Shown: positions 17,294 through 26,228, counted from the first letter of the stretch. The stretch: DNA of 64,000 nucleotides from Gemmatimonadota bacterium (GCA_039592335.1 JBDHBX010000013.1:3616-67615); one strand, 5' to 3'. The notes: generated from the sequence alone by a model not told the origin. Numbers and translations are program-made.

Positions 17294-18616
17294 ATGGCCC
17301 ACCGCACGAGGTTCCGCCACGGGGTTCACCCGCCGGAGCTGAAGGAGTTGACCGCCGGTACCCCAATCCGGCGCATGCCCTTCCCCGACGAGGTCGTGCT
17401 CCCCCTATCACAGCACACCGGGAAGCCCGCCAAGGCAATTGTGCGCGTGGGCGACAAGGTGGAGCGCGGCGACAAGATCGGGGAGGCCGACGGCTTCATC
17501 TCCTCGCCGATCCACGCCTCGGCCGCCGGCACCATCGAGGAGGTCGGGCTCTGGCCCCACCCCACCGGCGGCTACCAACCCGCGATCCGCATCCGGGTCG
17601 AGCAGTTCTCGGCCCAGATGCCGCGTCCCCGCCTCGTCCCCGACTGGGAGGGGCTCGACCACGACGGGCTCGTCGAGGCGGTGCGCCAGGCCGGGGTCGT
17701 GGGACTGGGCGGCGCGGCGTTCCCCACGCACGTGAAGCTCCAGCCCCCGAAGGACCAGCACGTCGACACGATCCTGATCAATGGGGCCGAATGCGAGCCG
17801 TACCTCACGACCGACCACCGCACAATGGTCGAGTACCCCGAGCGGGTGCAGCTCGGGGTCCGGATCATGATGCGGGCGCTGGGCGTGGGTCGCGCCGTGA
17901 TCGGAATCGAGAGGAACAAGCCCGACGCCATCGAGCGGCTCCGCGCGACGCTGCCCACCGACATCGACGTGACGGTGCAGCCACTCACGGTGAAGTATCC
18001 CCAGGGCGCGGAGAAGATGTTGATCGACGCGGTGCTGCACCGCGAGGTCCCCTCGGGCGGGCTGCCGATGAATGTGGGCGTGGTGGTGCACAACGTGGCC
18101 TCGGTGGCGACCATCGCCGAGGTGTTCGAGACGGGGCTGCCGCTGATCGAACGGATCGTGACGGTGTCCGGGTTCGGCGTGAAGAGACCCGCCAACCTGA
18201 TCGTGCCGGTCGGCACCAAGACCCGCGACCTGCTCGACGCGTGCGACGGGCTCACCGACGACGCCCGCGAGGTGATCTTCGGCGGACCGATGATGGGCAC
18301 GGCGGTCGCCGACCTGGACGCGCCGATCATGAAGGGCACGACCGGCGTGGTGGTGCTGACGCGGCGCGACGTGAAGCCGCAGCAGTCGTACCCCTGCATC
18401 GGCTGCGGCCACTGCCTCGACGCCTGCCCCGTGTTCCTCAATCCGCAGCAGCTCGGCAAGCTCGCCATGGCCGAGCGTTGGGAGGAGATGGAGCAGGAAA
18501 ACCTGATGGACTGCATGCTGTGCGGTTGCTGCAGTTACACCTGTCCCTCCAACATCCCGCTGTCCCAGCTCTTCGTCATGGGCAAGGCGGCGCTCCGCAA
18601 GGTGAAGGTCGCGTGA
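17294..18616 (+). CDS. rnfC: Rnf complex subunit C
   Basis: GGAAFPTHVKL, NGAECEPYLTTD, and two 4Fe-4S motifs (CIGCGHCLDACP, CMLCGCCSYTCP). Confidence 0.9.
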   Translation: MAHRTRFRHGVHPPELKELTAGTPIRRMPFPDEVVLPLSQHTGKPAKAIVRVGDKVERGDKIGEADGFISSPIHASAAGTIEEVGLWPHPTGGYQPAIRIRVEQFSAQMPRPRLVPDWEGLDHDGLVEAVRQAGVVGLGGAAFPTHVKLQPPKDQHVDTILINGAECEPYLTTDHRTMVEYPERVQLGVRIMMRALGVGRAVIGIERNKPDAIERLRATLPTDIDVTVQPLTVKYPQGAEKMLIDAVLHREVPSGGLPMNVGVVVHNVASVATIAEVFETGLPLIERIVTVSGFGVKRPANLIVPVGTKTRDLLDACDGLTDDAREVIFGGPMMGTAVADLDAPIMKGTTGVVVLTRRDVKPQQSYPCIGCGHCLDACPVFLNPQQLGKLAMAERWEEMEQENLMDCMLCGCCSYTCPSNIPLSQLFVMGKAALRKVKVA

Positions 18617-19626
18617 GCACCCCGCGCTTCCTGATCACGGCGTCGCCGCACCTGGCCGAGAGCGACTCGACGCCCAAGATCATGTGGCACGTGGTGCTGA
18701 GCCTGATCCCCATCGTGGGCGCGTCGGTCTACTACTTCGGTCCCAGCGCCGTGCTGGTCACCGCCGCGGCGACGGCGGGGTGCCTGCTCACCGAATGGGC
18801 CTTCGGCAAGAAGGGCACGCTGCGGGACGGCTCGGCGATGATCACGGGCCTGTTGCTCGGGTTGATCCTGCCGGCTGGCATTCCGTTGTGGATGGCCTTC
18901 GTGGGCGGCGCCTTCAGCATCGGGTTCGGCAAGATCGTATTCGGCGGTCTGGGGCAGAACATCTTCAACCCGGCGCTGCTGGGGCGGGCCTTCCTGCAGG
19001 CCGCCTTCCCCGTCGCGCTGACCACCTGGCCCGTGATCCGGCAGAACTGGTGGGCGCTGAGGGGCGACAACCTGGCCCTGCCGCTCATGAGCGCCAAGGA
19101 AGTGGACGTGCTCACGGCCGCCACGCCGTTGGGACTGCAGAAGTTCGAGCAGACGACTACCGAGTTGGGCAGCCTGATGATCGGTGCGACCGAGGGCTCG
19201 CTGGGCGAGACGGCCGGGTTGTTGATCCTGGTGTGCGGCGGCTACCTCGCGCTGCGCAAGTTCCTCAACTGGCGCATCCCGGCCAGCATCTTCCTCACGG
19301 TAGCGGTGTTTTCGCAGCTGCTGCATTGGCTCGACGCTGCACGGTACCCCGACGCGCTGTTCATGCTCTTCTCCGGCGGTCTCATGCTCGGCGCCGTGTA
19401 CATGGCCACCGACATGGTGACATCGCCGGTGACCAACGCCGGCTGCTGGATCTTCGGCTTCGGGATCGGCTTCCTGGTGGTGGTGATCCGGCTGTGGGGC
19501 GGTCTCGCCGAAGGGGTGATGTATGCGATCCTGCTGATGAACGCGCTGGTGCCCTTCATCAATCGGGCCACCCAACCGCGGTTGTTCGGCACACAGCGCC
19601 GTCAGCCCAGGGAGGCGTCCACGTGA
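18613..19626 (+). CDS. rnfD: Rnf complex subunit D
   Basis: This is the frame of track ORF 17791..19626. GTG 18613 overlaps the rnfC stop (GTGA). The protein is polytopic, with a YMATDMVTSP flavin-attachment-type motif. Confidence 0.85.
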   Translation: MSTPRFLITASPHLAESDSTPKIMWHVVLSLIPIVGASVYYFGPSAVLVTAAATAGCLLTEWAFGKKGTLRDGSAMITGLLLGLILPAGIPLWMAFVGGAFSIGFGKIVFGGLGQNIFNPALLGRAFLQAAFPVALTTWPVIRQNWWALRGDNLALPLMSAKEVDVLTAATPLGLQKFEQTTTELGSLMIGATEGSLGETAGLLILVCGGYLALRKFLNWRIPASIFLTVAVFSQLLHWLDAARYPDALFMLFSGGLMLGAVYMATDMVTSPVTNAGCWIFGFGIGFLVVVIRLWGGLAEGVMYAILLMNALVPFINRATQPRLFGTQRRQPREAST

Positions 19627-20300
19627 CGGCGCCCGTCCAGCTCGAGGGCAAGCACGAGGTGAAGGCCTCCAAGCTGCTTGCCACGCTGGCGCTGGCGGGG
19701 GCCGGCGCGGGCTTCCTCATCGTGTTCGTGTGGAGCTGGACACAGCCGATCATCCAGGCGTACAAGGCGGAGCAGCTGCGGCTCGCGGTGCAGGAGGTGC
19801 TGGGAGAGCCGGACCACTTCGATACGCTGTACGTGTACGAGGGTGCGCTCGTGAAGGATCTGCCCACCGGTGTGGACGGCACCGCGCTGGAGCAGGTGTT
19901 CCTGGGTTATGCGGCGGGCGGCGAGCGCATCGGATTCGCGGTGGCCTACGGCGAGCCGGGGTTCCAGGACATCGTGCGGGTGATCTTCGGCTACGACCGC
20001 GCGGGGCAGCAGGTGCTGGGCATGAAGGTGTTGGAGAGCAAGGAGACGCCGGGCCTGGGGGACAAGATCGAGAAGGACACGTCGTTCGTGAACCAGTTCA
20101 GCGGCGCGTCGGCGCCGCTGTTGGGCGTGAAAGCCCGTGAGGCGACGGGCGACCCGCACGAGATCGACATGATCACCGGCGCCACGATCTCGTCGCGCGT
20201 CGTGATCCGGATCATCAACAGCACCGTGGAGCGGTTGGGACCGCTGATGGACGCATACACCGGGCAGGTGGCACGGGGAGACACTGGGGGAACACGATGA
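19623..20300 (+). CDS. rnfG: Rnf complex subunit G (FMN-binding)
   Basis: This is the frame of track ORF 18684..20300. GTG 19623 overlaps the rnfD stop (GTGA). It has an N-terminal TM anchor, KETPGLGDKI and the ITGATISS FMN_bind motif. Confidence 0.85.
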   Translation: MTAPVQLEGKHEVKASKLLATLALAGAGAGFLIVFVWSWTQPIIQAYKAEQLRLAVQEVLGEPDHFDTLYVYEGALVKDLPTGVDGTALEQVFLGYAAGGERIGFAVAYGEPGFQDIVRVIFGYDRAGQQVLGMKVLESKETPGLGDKIEKDTSFVNQFSGASAPLLGVKAREATGDPHEIDMITGATISSRVVIRIINSTVERLGPLMDAYTGQVARGDTGGTR

Positions 20301-20968
20301 GTCCGCGCGAGACCACCGCGCAGGTCGACTTCTTCCGAGGAGTGTGGAAGGAGAACCCGGTAATCATCCAGATGCTGGGCCTCTGCCCCGCCCTGGCTGT
20401 CACGAACACGGTGGCCAACTCGCTCGCCATGGGCTTCGCCACCTTCTTCGTGCTCACGGGCTCGAGCCTGCTGGTGTCGCTCACGAAGAAGTGGGTGCCC
20501 AGCGAAGTGCGCATTCCCACGTTCATCCTGATCATCGCGACCTTCGTGACCGTGGCCGACATGAGCCTCGAGGCGCTGGTGCCGGTGATCCACAAGCAAC
20601 TCGGCGCGTTCGTGGCGCTCATCGTGGTGAACTGCATGATCCTGTCGCGCCAGGAGGCGTTCGCGTCGAAGCGGCCGGTGGGACGTTCGCTGCTCGACGC
20701 GTTCGGCACGGGCGTCGGCTTCATCATTGCGATGGTCATGATGGGATCCGTGCGCGAGGTGCTGGGAAACGGCACCCTCCTGGGATACAGCCTGTTCGGC
20801 CCCAACTTCGAGCCCTGGGTGATCTTCATCCTGCCGCCGGGCGGCTTCCTCACGCTGGGGTTCTGGCTGCTGTTTTTCAACTGGTGGCAGAAGCTGCGCG
20901 AGGAGCGCGCCAAGGTGCGTGAGTGGCCGGACGGCGTCGCCGCGCCGGTGGAAGGGAGGGCCGCGTAA
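20297..20968 (+). CDS. rnfE: Rnf complex subunit E
   Basis: ATGA overlap with rnfG. NPVIIQMLGLCPALAVT and ALIVVNCMIL are typical RnfE/NqrD blocks. Confidence 0.88.
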   Translation: MSPRETTAQVDFFRGVWKENPVIIQMLGLCPALAVTNTVANSLAMGFATFFVLTGSSLLVSLTKKWVPSEVRIPTFILIIATFVTVADMSLEALVPVIHKQLGAFVALIVVNCMILSRQEAFASKRPVGRSLLDAFGTGVGFIIAMVMMGSVREVLGNGTLLGYSLFGPNFEPWVIFILPPGGFLTLGFWLLFFNWWQKLREERAKVREWPDGVAAPVEGRAA

Positions 20969-21546
20969 TGGGCGAGCTCTTCTGGATCCTGGTCTCGGCG
21001 ATGGTGGTGAACAACTTCACCCTGTACTACTTCCTCGGCCTCTGCCCCTTCATGGGCGTGTCGGCCCGGGTGGAGACGGCGGTCCGCATGGGGATGGCCA
21101 ACGTCTTCGTCATGGTGATGGCCTCGCTGTGCGCCTGGTTCCTCAACACGTTCATCCTACCGCACGCGCCGTACCTCCGGCTCATCTCGTTTATCGTGGT
21201 GATCGCGTCGTTCGTGCAAATCGTGGAGATGGTGATCAAGAAGATCAGCCCCAAACTGTTCCGTCAGCTCGGCATCTACCTGCCCCTGATCACCACCAAC
21301 TGCGCGATCTTGGGATTGGCACTGTTCCAGACCAACCGCGGCTACGGGCTGGTGCAGGGCCTGTTCTTCGCGCTGGGCGCCGGCCTCGGGCTGACCCTCG
21401 CACTCGTGCTCATGGCCGCGATCCGGGAGACGGGCGAGCTGTCGGACACGCCCGACATCGCCAAGGGTATGGCCATCGTCCTCATCATCGCCGGGAGTCT
21501 GTCGCTCGCGTTCATGGGCTTCGCCGGACTGTTGAGCTCCACATGA
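20968..21546 (+). CDS. rnfA: Rnf complex subunit A
   Basis: Track ORF 20923..21546 trimmed to ATG 20968, which shares one base with the rnfE TAA. VNNFTLYYFLGLCPFMGVS and YLPLITTNCAILG are typical RnfA/NqrE blocks. Confidence 0.88.
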   Translation: MGELFWILVSAMVVNNFTLYYFLGLCPFMGVSARVETAVRMGMANVFVMVMASLCAWFLNTFILPHAPYLRLISFIVVIASFVQIVEMVIKKISPKLFRQLGIYLPLITTNCAILGLALFQTNRGYGLVQGLFFALGAGLGLTLALVLMAAIRETGELSDTPDIAKGMAIVLIIAGSLSLAFMGFAGLLSST

Positions 21547-21707
21547 GCGAGCTCGTCGCGATCGTCGGCCTCGTGTTCCTGTTCGTGGTGTTCGGCATGC
21601 TGCGCTTCGCCGACCGGAGCGGCGCCACGAGCGGGTGTCACGGCTGCGCGCAGGCGCCGGCGGGGCCGCAGTGCGGGTCGTGTGAGGGGACGGAGGGGGA
21701 CGGCTAG
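21543..21707 (+). CDS. Small (54 aa) membrane-anchored Cys-rich protein, FeoB-associated Cys-rich/P12-like
   Basis: ATGA overlap with the rnfA stop. One TM helix (LVAIVGLVFLFVVFGML) is followed by ...GCHGC...CGSCEG. It lies in-frame inside the longer track ORF 20919..21707. Confidence 0.55.
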   Translation: MSELVAIVGLVFLFVVFGMLRFADRSGATSGCHGCAQAPAGPQCGSCEGTEGDG

Positions 21708-21831
21708 ACCTCGACCCGCCCGAAGCGTGGCGCGCCTGTTGGCACCGATCCTGTAGCGCGCGGGGCGGGCGCCGCCGCCTTGCCACACCGACGCCCTTCC
21801 TTCGGGCCGCAGGCCCCGCAGATTCCCAGTC

Positions 21832-21859
21832 GGTAAACGCCATTCCACCCACCTGCGTC
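21832..21859 (+). promoter_or_regulatory. ECF-type promoter (GGTAAAC-N17-CGTC) upstream of the ECF sigma gene
   Basis: GGTAAAC at 21832-21838 and CGTC at 21856-21859. GGGAG lies 7 nt before TTG 21892. The pattern fits the AAC/CGT autoregulated ECF promoter architecture. Confidence 0.45.
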
Positions 21860-21891
21860 TCAAGGTTGTACAGGGCCTGACGGGAGCGCGC

Positions 21892-22488
21892 TTGAGCGAG
21901 ATCCAGCGCCTGAACGAGGCGGTCACCCCCTTGGTCCAGAAGGCGCAAGCCGGTGACCAGCAAGCACTTAACGATCTACTGCGTGGCTGCCATCCGCTGG
22001 TGCACCGCTGGGCGCTCTCCCTGACGGCCGACCCGGACGATGCCGACGACATCGCGCAGGAGGTGCTCGTCCGGGTGCACCGGAACCTCGCGAAGTACGG
22101 GGCCCGGTCACGGTTCACCACCTGGCTGTACCAGGTGACACGCAATGCGGCGCTCGACCAGCGCCGCGGCAGGGAACGCCGGGAGCGGTTAGCGACGCAT
22201 GAGTACCGGGACGAGCTACAACCAGACACGGACCAGGCGGATCGGCTCGACGAGCTGCACCGCTCGCGCGTGGCGGATCTCGTGAAGTCCTTGTTCGACG
22301 AGCTGCCCGAACGGCAGCGCGAGGTGTTCGACCTGGTCGATCTGCAGGACTGCAGGCCCGTCGAGGTGAGCGCGATGCTCGACATGAACCCGTCGACGGT
22401 GCGGGCCCACCTGCTGCGGGCCCGGCGCACGATCCGCAAGCGCATCCTGGAGCGTCACCCCGAGATGGCAGAGGAGTACGGCCGATGA
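21892..22488 (+). CDS. RNA polymerase ECF-type sigma-70 factor
   Basis: 198 aa with a TTG start. Region 2 (...DADDIAQEVLVRVHRNLAKYG...FTTWLYQVTRNAALD) and region 4 (...LPERQREVFDLVDLQDCRPVEVSAMLDMNPSTVRAHLLRARRTIR). Confidence 0.88.
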   Translation: MSEIQRLNEAVTPLVQKAQAGDQQALNDLLRGCHPLVHRWALSLTADPDDADDIAQEVLVRVHRNLAKYGARSRFTTWLYQVTRNAALDQRRGRERRERLATHEYRDELQPDTDQADRLDELHRSRVADLVKSLFDELPERQREVFDLVDLQDCRPVEVSAMLDMNPSTVRAHLLRARRTIRKRILERHPEMAEEYGR

Positions 22489-22943
22489 ACTGCACGGAAG
22501 CACGTGATCTGCTACTGGAGGCCGAGCTGGCCGAGCTGCGCGGCGAGGGCGCGTCCGAGGTGGCCCGCCACGTGCGCGAGTGCGCCCGCTGTCGGGCCAT
22601 GGCCCAGGAGATCGTTGAGCAGGAGGGGGCCCTCGCCCAAGCGCTGGCGGGGGTGCGTCCCCGGGTTGCGGCCGACACGGCGGCCGCCGAGGCGGTTGCT
22701 GCCAAGGTCCTCCCGCTCAGGCCGCGCTGGAAGCGCCGTTGGGCCGCCGTCATTCCGGCCGCCCTCGCGGCGACGCTCGCCGGCATCCTGCTCACCAACA
22801 ACGGGACGCCGCCAGCGGTCGTCCCATCAACCACAGAGGCCGCTGCCGTCGCCGCGGCCCCCGTGGTGGATGCGACCTCGAGTGAGATCTACGTCGTGTT
22901 CAACACCGACAACCCGGACATCGTGGTGGTTTGGCTTTACTAG
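22485..22943 (+). CDS. Anti-sigma factor (zf-HC2 type), single-pass membrane protein
   Basis: ATGA overlap with the sigma gene. It has the H-x3-C-x2-C motif (HVRECARCRA) and a central TM segment (AAVIPAALAATLAGILL). Confidence 0.75.
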   Translation: MNCTEARDLLLEAELAELRGEGASEVARHVRECARCRAMAQEIVEQEGALAQALAGVRPRVAADTAAAEAVAAKVLPLRPRWKRRWAAVIPAALAATLAGILLTNNGTPPAVVPSTTEAAAVAAAPVVDATSSEIYVVFNTDNPDIVVVWLY

Positions 22944-22944
22944 G

Positions 22945-23634
22945 ATGGAGACGATGATGACCTTCCGCACACTGACCGCTCTCGCCGCCCTGGCCGTCGT
23001 GCTCGCAGCCTGTTCCAGGGGCCCCGAGCTCGACACGCGCACGTTCGAGCTGCAGCACATGGAGGCACACACGGCCGAGGCGATGATCGACCCCTACGTC
23101 TACGGCGACCGACCCGGCGCCCCGGGGTACATCAGCCCCTCGGGCAATACCATCACCGTGCGCGAGACGCCCGACAACCTGGAGAAGATCGCGCGCGTGC
23201 TGGAGGAATTCGACCGTCCCCGGCCGACGGTCCGGCTCCACTTCCAGCTGATCGAGGCGAACGGCAGCACGACGCCTGACCCGGCCATCGCCGAGGTGGA
23301 GGCCGAGCTGCGCAAGCTGTTCCGCTACTCGGGCTACTCGCTCGTGACCGAGGCCCTCGTCGGCGGCATGGAAGGAAGCCACATCGAGCAGGTCGTGGGC
23401 GAAGCGCCACCGGAGGACGGCTGGATCATCACGGCCGCCATCGGCCAGGTGCGGATGATCGGCGACTCTGGCTGGGTCTCCATGCGGGTCGGCGTACGCA
23501 ATCCGATGCGCGGCGCGTTCGAGACCCAGGTGAACGCGCGCGAGGGTCAGACCCTCGTGGTGGGCAACGCGCAGCTGATGCACGGCGGGGGCACCGTAAT
23601 TCTCACCGTGCGGCCCGAGTTCGTGACGAACTAG
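22945..23634 (+). CDS. Lipoprotein with secretin-N/NolW-like domain, function unknown
   Basis: This is the frame of track ORF 22504..23634. ATG 22945 lies 1 nt after the anti-sigma stop. It has a lipobox (LAAC). ...ITVRETPDNLEKIARVLEEFDRPRPTVRLHFQLIEA... resembles the short secretin N domain. Confidence 0.6.
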   Translation: METMMTFRTLTALAALAVVLAACSRGPELDTRTFELQHMEAHTAEAMIDPYVYGDRPGAPGYISPSGNTITVRETPDNLEKIARVLEEFDRPRPTVRLHFQLIEANGSTTPDPAIAEVEAELRKLFRYSGYSLVTEALVGGMEGSHIEQVVGEAPPEDGWIITAAIGQVRMIGDSGWVSMRVGVRNPMRGAFETQVNAREGQTLVVGNAQLMHGGGTVILTVRPEFVTN

Positions 23635-23642
23635 GCGGCAAC

Positions 23643-23680
23643 GGGGGCGCGACGCGCGGGTAACCCGCTGTCGCGCCCCC
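23643..23680 (+). terminator. Strong GC hairpin (11-bp perfect stem) after the lipoprotein gene
   Basis: GGGGGCGCGAC (23643-23653) pairs with GTCGCGCCCCC (23670-23680). It starts 9 nt after the stop codon. The downstream T-tract is weak (ACTTTACC). Confidence 0.6.
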
Positions 23681-23691
23681 ACTTTACCAAT

Positions 23692-23709
23692 CCCTTACAA
23701 GTCCCCGAC
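23692..23709 (+). promoter_or_regulatory. CCCTTACA-N5-CCGAC element, copy 1 (upstream of the histidine kinase gene)
   Basis: CCCTTACA at 23692-23699 and CCGAC at 23705-23709. The TTACAA at 23695-23700 plus TACCCT at 23718-23723 (17-nt spacer) could also act as -35/-10 hexamers. Confidence 0.4.
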
Positions 23710-23767
23710 AGCCCCCCTACCCTACTCTATTGCATCGGCCCAGCGGCCCGATTAGCATCGAAGCTAC

Positions 23768-25471
23768 GTGAAGCTGCCGTTTCTGAAGCCCCGCCACCCG
23801 AGCAAGCCCCGCGGCGCGCCTCTGGTCGTGCTGCTGGTGCTGACGCTCGCGCTCTCGACGGCCCTGGCCTACGAGGCGCTCGACGCTGCGCGATCGCATC
23901 GCGAGACGGCGGAGAGCACGCTGCGCGACTACGCCGAGATCGCCGCCTGGGAGTTCACCCGGCGCGCGCGCGAGCAGGCGGGCGAAGCCATGAAGCGCGC
24001 CCTGTGGCCCGTGCTAAAGGTCACGCTGTCGGCGCGGGACGAGCTCGGGCTCTCGGCGCAGGACGTGGCCGAGAAGGCGTGGAAGTGCGAGCACTGCCCG
24101 CAGGTGGATCACCTCGGGTTCTACTTCCGCCTGGACCTCGAGACCCGCGAGGTCACCACGACCAAGACCGAGGCCACCGAGTGGTTCCTGGGCTGGATCG
24201 CCGACACGCTCTGCGGCCTCTCCGAGGAACCGCTGACCGGCGCTGAGGGCGTGACCGCCCTGCTCGTGGGACCGATCACCGGCAAGTCCGACGTGATCGG
24301 CTACGTATTCGTCGCCGACAGCGCAGGCACGCCACACACCGCCTACGGCTTCCACTCCACGTACGACGGCCTGTACGACGTGTTCCACACCGTGAGCGGT
24401 GAGAAGGCTCTGCTCCCGCCCGCCATCGCGGGCGAGCAGCCGAACGACTCCCTGCTCTACGTGACGGTGAGCACGGCCGAGGGCAAGAAGGTCTACAAGT
24501 CGCCGGTGGAGTACGCCGAGACCTACGCCGCCACAGACACTCTGGGGCAGCGGTTCGGCGGCATGGTGGTGCAGGCGGCCCTGCGCCCGCAGGCGGCCAG
24601 CGAGCTGGTGATCGGCGGGCTGCCGCGCTCCCGCGTCCCGCTGCTCATGGCCCTGCTCGTGGTGACCGCGCTGGTGGGCGTGGCGGCACTGGTGCAGCTG
24701 CGGCGCGAGCGGGAGCTGGCCAAGATGCGCGACGACTTCGTCTCGAGCGTCTCCCACGAGCTGCGCACGCCGCTGGCGCAGATCCGCATGTTCGCTGAGC
24801 TGCTCGACCTCGAGAAGCTGCGCAACGACGAGGAGCGCGAGCGCTCGATTCGCGTCATCAACCAGGAAGCCCGGCGCCTCACCCACCTGGTCGAGAACGT
24901 GCTGCATTTCTCCCGTCTGCGACGCGGCACGGCACGGATGTCGAAGGACGACGTGGACTTCGCGACGCTGGTCGAGGAGATCACCGTGGCCTTCGAGCCG
25001 CTCGCCCGAGCCAGCGACGTGCGGCTCAAGGTCCAGGTGGAGCCCGACATCGGCGCCCTGCTGGACCGCCACGCCATCGCGCAGGTGGTGCTCAACCTGC
25101 TGGACAACGCCGTGAAGTACGGACCCACTGGACAGACTGTCACCCTGCGCGCGGCGCTCATCGGCGACCGCATCCGCATCGCCGTCGAGGACCAGGGGCC
25201 GGGCATCCCGATGGAGGACCGCGGCCGGGTGTGGGAACCGTATCGGCGGCTCGAACGTGATGTGAGTGCGGCCGTCGGCGGCAGTGGGATAGGCCTGTCG
25301 GTCGTGCAGGAGCTGGTCGCACTGCACCATGGTACGGTCACGATCGAGGACGCCCCCGGTGGTGGCGCCCGGGTCGTGGTATCCATTCCCGGAGGCCGGC
25401 GCCGGGGCGGCACCGGGGAGTGGGTCGCCGCCAAGCTGCCGGTCGAAGCCAATGCAGAGGCCCGCGCATGA
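23768..25471 (+). CDS. Sensor histidine kinase
   Basis: 567 aa with a GTG start. It has an N-terminal TM, a periplasmic-size segment of about 250 aa and a second TM. H-box SHELRTPL, N-box LLDNAVKYG and G-box GGSGIGLSVV are present. Confidence 0.9.
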   Translation: MKLPFLKPRHPSKPRGAPLVVLLVLTLALSTALAYEALDAARSHRETAESTLRDYAEIAAWEFTRRAREQAGEAMKRALWPVLKVTLSARDELGLSAQDVAEKAWKCEHCPQVDHLGFYFRLDLETREVTTTKTEATEWFLGWIADTLCGLSEEPLTGAEGVTALLVGPITGKSDVIGYVFVADSAGTPHTAYGFHSTYDGLYDVFHTVSGEKALLPPAIAGEQPNDSLLYVTVSTAEGKKVYKSPVEYAETYAATDTLGQRFGGMVVQAALRPQAASELVIGGLPRSRVPLLMALLVVTALVGVAALVQLRRERELAKMRDDFVSSVSHELRTPLAQIRMFAELLDLEKLRNDEERERSIRVINQEARRLTHLVENVLHFSRLRRGTARMSKDDVDFATLVEEITVAFEPLARASDVRLKVQVEPDIGALLDRHAIAQVVLNLLDNAVKYGPTGQTVTLRAALIGDRIRIAVEDQGPGIPMEDRGRVWEPYRRLERDVSAAVGGSGIGLSVVQELVALHHGTVTIEDAPGGGARVVVSIPGGRRRGGTGEWVAAKLPVEANAEARA

Positions 25472-26166
25472 CGAGCATTCTCGTCGTCGAAGACAATGCG
25501 GATCTCGCCTACGGGCTCCAGACCACTCTGGAGATCGAGGGGTACGAGGTCGCCGTCGCCGCAGACGGGCCCGAGGGGTTGGAGCGGGCACGCAGCGACG
25601 ATCACGACCTGGTGATCCTGGACCTCATGCTTCCCGGAATGGACGGCTACCGCGTGCTGCGTACGCTGCGTGACGAGGGCTCCGAAGTTCCCGTGCTGAT
25701 TCTCACCGCGCGGGGCGAGGAGGCCGACAAGGTGCTGGGGTTCAACACCGGCGCCGACGACTACGTCACCAAACCGTTTGGCCTGTTGGAGCTGTTGGCG
25801 CGCATCAAGGCACTGCTGCGGCGCGCGAACCCGGACGGAAACGGCGGCCGCCGGCCCTTGGGAGCCCTGGAAAAGATCGGCAGCGAGGTGACCGTCAACC
25901 TGGCGAGCCGCACCGTGCATCGGGGCGGCGAGGAGGTCTGCCTCACACCCAAGGAGTTCGACCTGCTCCAGGCACTCATCAAGCGGCGCGGCGCCGTGGC
26001 CTCACGGCTCGACCTCCTCAAGGAGGTGTGGGACTACAGTGCCGCCGTCATGACCCGCACGGTGGACATGCACATCGCCGAGCTGCGCCGCAAGATCGAG
26101 CCCAATCCCTCGCGTCCGCGTCACATCCTCACGGTGCGCAAGGTCGGTTACCGACTCGAAGCCTGA
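25468..26166 (+). CDS. OmpR/PhoB-family response regulator
   Basis: ATGA overlap with the kinase gene. Receiver domain (ILVVEDN...VILDLMLPGMDG...TARG...KPF) plus winged-helix output domain (LTPKEFDLLQAL...TVRKVGYRLE). Confidence 0.9.
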   Translation: MTSILVVEDNADLAYGLQTTLEIEGYEVAVAADGPEGLERARSDDHDLVILDLMLPGMDGYRVLRTLRDEGSEVPVLILTARGEEADKVLGFNTGADDYVTKPFGLLELLARIKALLRRANPDGNGGRRPLGALEKIGSEVTVNLASRTVHRGGEEVCLTPKEFDLLQALIKRRGAVASRLDLLKEVWDYSAAVMTRTVDMHIAELRRKIEPNPSRPRHILTVRKVGYRLEA

Positions 26167-26188
26167 CCGGCGGGGAAGGCATACACGA

Positions 26189-26228
26189 CCCTTACACGAC
26201 GCCGACCCAACCCTTACCGCCTCCCGAC
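26189..26228 (+). promoter_or_regulatory. CCCTTAC-N6-CCGAC element, copies 2 and 3 (22-bp phasing), upstream of the DUF5916-like gene
   Basis: Copy 2 is CCCTTACA 26189-26196 plus CCGAC 26202-26206. Copy 3 is CCCTTACC 26211-26218 plus CCGAC 26224-26228. An AAAC-N15-CGTC pattern at 26230-26252 is a possible ECF-type promoter. Confidence 0.4.
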
